From a virus (taxonomy: Duplodnaviria; Heunggongvirae; Uroviricota; Caudoviricetes), in IMG/VR virus record IMGVR_UViG_2574180227_000017: 12,061 nucleotides of DNA, one strand, 5' to 3'. The first letter of the stretch is position 1. Every line of letters starts with the position of its first letter. The notes under the pieces were generated by a model that was not told where the DNA came from, made no database searches, and saw nothing but the letters and a program-made list of their open reading frames with translations. Both the position numbers and the translations under genes were made by a program. Shown here piece by piece: positions 7,511 to 12,061 of the stretch.

Positions 7511-7542
7511 TGATTTTTTAAGTCAAAGAGGAATTTCTTACT

Positions 7543-7749
7543 ATGGCTGAAGAGAAAAAAGGCGGTGTTTCGGTGTACATAAGCCCCGACATCGTGAAGG
7601 CGCTCAAGGAACGCCACCAGCAGAACGTAAAAGCAGGCATTGCGGCAGGACTTGATCCGCTGGCGATGGTTGAGCCGTCAACAGGCTGGCAGGTACGCGC
7701 CTATTTACGCGCGGCGCTGGGTATGAATCAGGTTCACGGGGGTGAATAA
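7543..7749 (+). CDS. hypothetical protein (68 aa), first gene of the capsid operon
   Basis: SD AGAGG upstream. Stop overlaps the capsid gene start (TAATG at 7747-7751). Confidence 0.5.
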   Translation: MAEEKKGGVSVYISPDIVKALKERHQQNVKAGIAAGLDPLAMVEPSTGWQVRAYLRAALGMNQVHGGE

Positions 7750-8804
7750 TGACAGTAAAAGCAATAGCACTTAACACTAACCAGCTTTTTGCGTACCTGA
7801 ATCGCGAGGATATTGCGGAATTTAAATTCAGTCCGCTGTTTACCGCGCTGTTTTTCCCGAACGTGGCGACATTCAACACACAGGACATCATGTTAGATAA
7901 CCTGGATATTGAAGAAGTCACTATGTCGGCGTTTTGTTCGCCTATGGTTGGTAGCCAGGTTCAGCGCGATAAAGGGTACGAAACAAGCATTATTCGCCCT
8001 GGCTACATGAAGCCAAAACACGAAATCGATCCATTAAAAACAATAATGCGCATGGCTGGAGAAGATCCGGCACAGCTTAACGACCCTACCTACCGCCGTA
8101 TGCGCCTGATTACTGGCAACATGCGCCGCCAGATAAACGCCATTAAAGCGCGCGTGGAATGGCTGGCGGTGAATGCGATAACGACCGGAAAAAACATCAT
8201 TGAGGGCGAAGGCATAGAACGCTATGAAATCGACTGGAAAATACCGGAAAACTGCATCATAGAGCAGGCCAAGGGTAAAAAATGGTCTGAGCAGGATAAA
8301 GACATACACGACCCAATATATGACATTGAACTATACGCAGATCAGGCAGGTTGCCCCGCCAACGTCATGATTATGGGCGTTGATGTATGGCGCATGTTAC
8401 GCAGCTTTAAAAAATTCCGTGAACTGTACGATCTCTCCCGTGGTTCAGAATCCGCCGCAGAGCTGGCATGTAAAAACCTGGGAGAAGTGGTGAGCTTTAA
8501 AGGCTATCTTGGTGATCTGGCCCTTATCGTCTATTCCGGCAAATACACTGACAGCGACGGCACAGAAAAATATTTCCTTGAGCCTGATTTGCTGGTCCTG
8601 GGCAACACCAACAATAAAGGGCTGGTGGCCTATGGTGCGATTATGGAACAGGAAGCGGTAAGAACGGGCGCAACGCAAAACATGTTTTACCCGAAAAACT
8701 GGATTGAAGACGGCGATCCGGCGATTGAGTACGTGCAGACACACAGCGCACCGCAGCCTGTTCCGGCAGATATTCGCAAATTTGTTACCGTCAAAATTGG
8801 TTAA
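7749..8804 (+). CDS. major capsid protein, lambda gpE family
   Basis: 351 aa. Multiple blocks align with lambda gpE as recalled: FKFSPLFTALFF vs FKFDPLFLRLFF, PGYMKPKHEIDP vs PGYVKPKHEVNP, EDPAQLNDPTYRRMRLI vs EDPQNLADPAYRRRRII, LGDLALIVYSGKY vs YGDVAIVVYSGQY, YPKNWIEDGDPA vs YPKNWVTTGDPA. Confidence 0.92.
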   Translation: MTVKAIALNTNQLFAYLNREDIAEFKFSPLFTALFFPNVATFNTQDIMLDNLDIEEVTMSAFCSPMVGSQVQRDKGYETSIIRPGYMKPKHEIDPLKTIMRMAGEDPAQLNDPTYRRMRLITGNMRRQINAIKARVEWLAVNAITTGKNIIEGEGIERYEIDWKIPENCIIEQAKGKKWSEQDKDIHDPIYDIELYADQAGCPANVMIMGVDVWRMLRSFKKFRELYDLSRGSESAAELACKNLGEVVSFKGYLGDLALIVYSGKYTDSDGTEKYFLEPDLLVLGNTNNKGLVAYGAIMEQEAVRTGATQNMFYPKNWIEDGDPAIEYVQTHSAPQPVPADIRKFVTVKIG

Positions 8805-8815
8805 CGGTGGATTCT

Positions 8816-9151
8816 ATGAACACTCCATACATTGAGTTATTTGCAGGCAGTCAGCAGGTATCAACGACGCTGGTACATTTTGCCGCTGATGCTGGCGTTA
8901 TTCAGGAATTTACCCCGCTGATGCTGGCGGACAATGGCGAGTTTAAGCCGTGGGATGGTCAGGAATCTGGCAAGGCTGTTTATCTGACCTCGTACCCCGT
9001 TGACACGTCGACGCAGAAATCAGCACAGTGCTATAAGACGGGGATATTCAATATCGCCGCCGTTAACTGGCCTGAGAGCGTCGACACCGATGCGAAAAAA
9101 TGCGCCGCCTTTGCGGGTTCTGGCGTATCCGTTCAGCCGCTGGCCCGATAA
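8816..9151 (+). CDS. head decoration protein, lambda gpD family (alternative GTG start at 8807)
   Basis: About 111 aa. Conserved gpD blocks TPLML, WDG, YKTGIF (lambda YKSGTF), WPE, KK.AAFAG. SD GGTGGA before ATG 8816. Confidence 0.85.
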   Translation: MNTPYIELFAGSQQVSTTLVHFAADAGVIQEFTPLMLADNGEFKPWDGQESGKAVYLTSYPVDTSTQKSAQCYKTGIFNIAAVNWPESVDTDAKKCAAFAGSGVSVQPLAR

Positions 9152-9163
9152 GCAGGGGGAACG

Positions 9164-9577
9164 ATGGCAACGAATGAAAGCATCATGGCGCTACCGCTGG
9201 CGAGTAAATTTAAAGCCGAAGCGCGGGCAATGGCTGACAGAGGGTTATCAACCTACGAGGCCGTATATCAACTCAACAAACTGGAAGAACAGGACAAGCC
9301 GCGCGCTGATGCGATTATGGCGCTTCATGAACATAACGACTATCAGCCGCTGTTACGTGCAATGGCAAACGTGCCATGTATTAGCGTCGATAATGCTCGT
9401 GAAATCCTGAACATGACCATAGAGCAGGAGCGCCCAAAGGTTGCACCAGAGCTTACCGCAGCCTTTGAAAACTTTATGGACATGCACAGCCCGCAAGCCG
9501 TATCAGCTGGCATGGCGTACGATGGCAGAAACCAGGGCGATGACGGCGACATCGATCGCATACTGAAAACCATCTGA
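9164..9577 (+). CDS. hypothetical protein (137 aa), last gene before cos
   Basis: ORF with SD GGGGGAA upstream, followed by a terminator. Similar in size and position to a head-completion or packaging accessory protein, but no motif recognised. Confidence 0.5.
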   Translation: MATNESIMALPLASKFKAEARAMADRGLSTYEAVYQLNKLEEQDKPRADAIMALHEHNDYQPLLRAMANVPCISVDNAREILNMTIEQERPKVAPELTAAFENFMDMHSPQAVSAGMAYDGRNQGDDGDIDRILKTI

Positions 9578-9583
9578 GACAAG

Positions 9584-9607
9584 GCCGGAGAAATCCGGCT
9601 TTTTTTT
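9584..9607 (+). terminator. rho-independent terminator
   Basis: GCCGGA-GAAA-TCCGGC followed by TTTTTTTT. Copy of the terminator at 7143. Confidence 0.7.
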
Positions 9608-9608
9608 A

Positions 9609-9675
9609 CGGGTCCTTTCCGGCATATGGACCCGTTACGGGGCGGCGACCTCGCGGTTTTTCGCTATTTATGAGC
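9609..9675 (+). other. cos site: cosN 12-nt cohesive-end sequence GGGCGGCGACCT at 9640-9651 with lambda-like flanks
   Basis: ACGGGTCCTTTCCGG...GTTACG-GGGCGGCGACCT-CGCGGTTTTTCGCTATTTATGA matches the lambda right-end/left-end junction as recalled (…GTTACG | GGGCGGCGACCT | CGCGGGTTTTCGCTATTTATGA…). Sequence after about 9675 diverges from lambda cosB. Confidence 0.75.
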
Positions 9676-9799
9676 CTTTTCAGGGGGGTGGTGGTGGTTT
9701 TGTTGTTTGCTCTATCTTTATGAATGAAAAGGGAAAGATGCAAACAATACACCAACCTGAAGCAGTAATTAAGTTGGTGTATTAATGAAATCGCACCTG

Positions 9800-10327
9800 A
9801 TGAACAAAAAAAACATGGCGAAAAGCTGCCGTGTAAGTGCGACAGCGTTCGACAAGTGGGGAGTGACTCCCGTTGAACGTAAAGGCCGTGAGGCGTTTTA
9901 TGATGTTGCCAGCGTGATAGACAATAGGGTTAACAATGCAATTAGCCAGCTTACAAACGACAAAGGCGATATTGACGATGATGAACTATTACGAGTCAGG
10001 ATCAGATTACTGACAGCGCAGGCGGAGGCGCAGGAGCTTAAAAACGAGCGCGAACGAGGCGACGTTATTGATACAGGGTTTTGCCTGTACGCGCTTTCAA
10101 AGCTGGCGAGCCAGATTTCTTCAATCATGGACAGCATCCCGCTTACTATGCAAAGGAGCTTTCCACACATTACCCCAGCCATGCTGGATGGGCTTAAAAG
10201 GGAAGTGGTTAAAGCCTGTAATGCCAGTGCCAGAGTTGCCGACAACCTCCCACAGATACTGGCTGATTACTTGAAAGAAACAACCGGAAACGTACCGGAA
10301 AAGTTGCAGCAGAATAAAGATAAGTAA
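9800..10327 (+). CDS. terminase small subunit, lambda Nu1 family (start taken at MNKKN by alignment; ORF track start 9785)
   Basis: Aligns with lambda Nu1 over its full length: NKK start, YD.A.VI, RLLTAQAEAQELKNERERGDVIDTGFCLYALSKLASQISSIMDSIPLTMQRSFP vs RLTRAQADAQELKNARDSAEVVETAFCTFVLSRIAGEIASILDGLPLSVQRRFP. The N-terminal DNA-recognition segment is the most diverged. Confidence 0.8.
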   Translation: MNKKNMAKSCRVSATAFDKWGVTPVERKGREAFYDVASVIDNRVNNAISQLTNDKGDIDDDELLRVRIRLLTAQAEAQELKNERERGDVIDTGFCLYALSKLASQISSIMDSIPLTMQRSFPHITPAMLDGLKREVVKACNASARVADNLPQILADYLKETTGNVPEKLQQNKDK

Positions 10328-10338
10328 CGTAGTACGCT

Positions 10339-10620
10339 ATGACTGAATCCGAAATACTGCGATTAATCCGCCGCGTCTCTGGAATCAGCCAGCAGGCTGA
10401 CGAACAGACCACGCAGCCGGACAGCGTGACAGCCGAAAACTATGCGCGTGTGGTTGCTGAGGTGATGCGCCGTGATGGTATCCAGCTTAATGATGTGGAT
10501 ATGCGCGACATACGGATCCGCGTTCTTGAAATGCTGGCCTACAATCGCCGCGTTGAGATGTATCGGGAGAAAGAAAAAATAACGTACCACTGGAAGAAGC
10601 CGGAGCGGTTGCGGCGGTAA
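10339..10620 (+). CDS. hypothetical protein (93 aa) in the position where lambda has terminase large subunit gpA
   Basis: ORF 11 nt downstream of the Nu1-like stop. Weak resemblance of residues about 5-40 to the gpA N-terminus (LRLIRRVSG / NRLRHFVRAG; VTAENYA / VEWADANYY). Not conclusive. Confidence 0.4.
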   Translation: MTESEILRLIRRVSGISQQADEQTTQPDSVTAENYARVVAEVMRRDGIQLNDVDMRDIRIRVLEMLAYNRRVEMYREKEKITYHWKKPERLRR

Positions 10621-10677
10621 CTGGTTGATATTTTCGGAAACCTCAATTTGAGGAGGCCGGAAGCGTCACCCTTTAGA

Positions 10678-10962
10678 TTCTGAATGGTGATAATCACCAC
10701 GCCCAATCGTGACGGAGAGTGACAGCCAGTGACACGCCGTGACAAAAGACGGTTTAACCGTTAATTAAAAATCGACGGGATTTTGTGTTTTCCGGACGAC
10801 GTAGCCAACGTCATTTTTTAGCGAAAAATTCTGATTAAGGTCATTGTCTGAATGGTCATAATGACCACGCAGACCATCAAGGCAACCATAACGATTTTCG
10901 TTACGGTTGATGTGTGCCTTCGTCCGGCATTCGGACGATATAAGGGATGGTCATAATGACCA
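10678..10962. repeat. three copies of a palindromic motif TGAATGGT(G/C)ATAAT(G/C)ACCAC (10681-10700, 10848-10870, 10945-10964)
   Basis: Near-identical 20-24 bp units read directly. Cores TGGTGATAATCACCA and TGGTCATAATGACCA (x2) are imperfect palindromes about an odd centre. Confidence 0.6.
10709..10743 (+). repeat. four GTGAC pentamers at exact 10-bp spacing (10709, 10719, 10729, 10739)
   Basis: GTGACGGAGA GTGACAGCCA GTGACACGCC GTGACAAAAG. Helically phased direct repeats. Confidence 0.6.
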
Positions 10963-11112
10963 CTCCTACAGAACAGGTAAAACCCACCAGCCTGATTAAC
11001 AGTTAACCGGAAAAAAAATCCGGCATGGGGGGGGAGTGGTTAGCCACGAACAACGAATAAGCTGGACACCGCGCCCCCTCTCACGCAGAGAAAAAATTAC
11101 CGTTTCGTAGTA

Positions 11113-11235
11113 GTTAACATGTTAACTGCCTGATGAAGCGTTGTTGTTGATTTTGTCTTTATGATTCATCTGGTTGCGAGCAAAAAATGTTAACTACCTT
11201 TTTGGTAAAAATGTTAACAGGGCAGAGGTTAACAT
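11113..11235. repeat. cluster of ATGTTAAC / GTTAACAT octamers, including the perfect palindrome GTTAACATGTTAAC (11113-11126)
   Basis: Copies at 11113, 11119, 11187, 11211 and 11228 (inverted). Confidence 0.55.
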
Positions 11236-11250
11236 TAACCTAGCGTAAAT

Positions 11251-11276
11251 CCCGATATGGTGATCACCATATCGGG
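11251..11276. repeat. 26-bp perfect palindrome CCCGATATGGTGATCACCATATCGGG
   Basis: Read directly. Contains a GATC site at its centre and a TGGTGA/TCACCA core related to the motif at 10685. Confidence 0.6.
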
Positions 11277-11487
11277 GAACATCCACCAGCTTAAAAACGA
11301 ATGAGCGAAAAAAAATCCAGGTAGAATCATGGAAGTCGCTAGGGCAATCGCCGTTTAAATTGTGCATTTTTTCAGCAAATTATTTTAGTTATACGTTTGG
11401 TTATACGGTTTAAAAGTTGAATCAATAATATTTATTAAAATCATGCGGTTACATGCTAAATTAAACTACTCTCGTGAATCCCAAGAA

Positions 11488-11514
11488 AACCAACCTATTG
11501 CGGTTGGTTTTTTT
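11488..11514. terminator. hairpin with T-run (terminator-like; plus-strand T-run stronger)
   Basis: AACCAACC-TATTGC-GGTTGGTT followed by TTTTTT. A second hairpin AAACAGACCG...CGGCCTGTTT (11535-11564) directly abuts the stop of the minus-strand gene. Confidence 0.5.
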
Positions 11515-11575
11515 ATATCTGCATTTAATTCGATAAACAGACCGCGACACATCACGGCCTGTTTATTTTCTGTTA

Positions 11576-12061
11576 TCAGAACGTCCAGACCACACCCGCC
11601 TGAGTTGTGCTGCTTTCTTCACGGGAGAAACGGCTGTCGATACCGAGCGTCAGGCCCGTCAATGTTTGCTCAAAGCCAGCTCCCGCATCAGTGTTCACGT
11701 TGTTGCGGCTGTTAATTACCGAACTCCACATCGCCGTATCGTAATTAACGCCTTTTACGCTACCAAGACGCCCACGCACGGTGTCCAGTTCTGCATCAAA
11801 TACCAGCGGTTGTGCTGCCGCCATATTCAGCACATCCGTGGTTGAAGGGGGCATTTGTACGCGATTCTCTGCGAGACTCCAGCTATGGTTGCCATTATCC
11901 AGCAAGGTATATTCATACGTACTGATATCAACAACGCTTCCGGCATTGCCCAACGTAAATGCCGCATCACCGCGCCCTCCTTTAATCGTGGGATCAGTCG
12001 CCGCGCCATAAACCTGTAGCACTCCATTATTGATCGTAGTCTGGTTTACCGCGCCACCCAT
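11576..12061 (-). CDS. 3' portion of an autotransporter-like (type V secretion, Ag43/AIDA-like) gene; ORF runs off the window at its 5' side
   Basis: Passenger-like repeats (GGAVNQTTINNGVLQVYGAATDPTIKGG). YTLLDNGNHSWSLAEN resembles the Ag43 junction motif YSLNRDSDESWYLRSE as recalled. Ends in the aromatic terminus VWTF typical of outer-membrane beta-barrels, but only about 95 aa follow the junction motif, so the beta-domain looks too short. Confidence 0.45.
   Translation of the reverse strand: MGGAVNQTTINNGVLQVYGAATDPTIKGGRGDAAFTLGNAGSVVDISTYEYTLLDNGNHSWSLAENRVQMPPSTTDVLNMAAAQPLVFDAELDTVRGRLGSVKGVNYDTAMWSSVINSRNNVNTDAGAGFEQTLTGLTLGIDSRFSREESSTTQAGVVWTF

Noticed and set aside
9000-9410. 136-aa plus-strand ORF in an alternative frame
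   Set aside because: Arg/Trp-rich translation overlapping the conserved gpD-like gene and the following ORF. It is an out-of-frame artefact.
11443-11715. 90-aa plus-strand ORF
   Set aside because: It spans two terminator hairpins and is antisense to the autotransporter-like gene. Cys/Arg-rich, with no ribosome-binding site.

Overview
The window reads as one integrative, satellite-like mobile element (about 10.6 kb) that appears built to parasitize a lambda-type cos phage, followed by a repeat-rich non-coding stretch and the 3' end of an autotransporter-like gene. All calls are from reading the sequence and recalling protein families; no database search was run. Left to right on the + strand: a P4-type tyrosine integrase at the window edge, an AlpA-family regulator, a regulatory region with paralogous small ORFs and attenuator-like hairpins, a chain of small overlapping ORFs, a P4-alpha-like primase/helicase with an iteron origin, and an SSB. 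A capsid operon then encodes a lambda gpE-like major capsid protein and a gpD-like decoration protein, followed by a cosN identical to the lambda 12-nt cohesive end and a full-length Nu1-like small terminase. No portal, protease, scaffold, large terminase, tail or lysis genes are present, which is why I read it as a satellite rather than a prophage. No tRNA, rRNA or CRISPR array was recognised.
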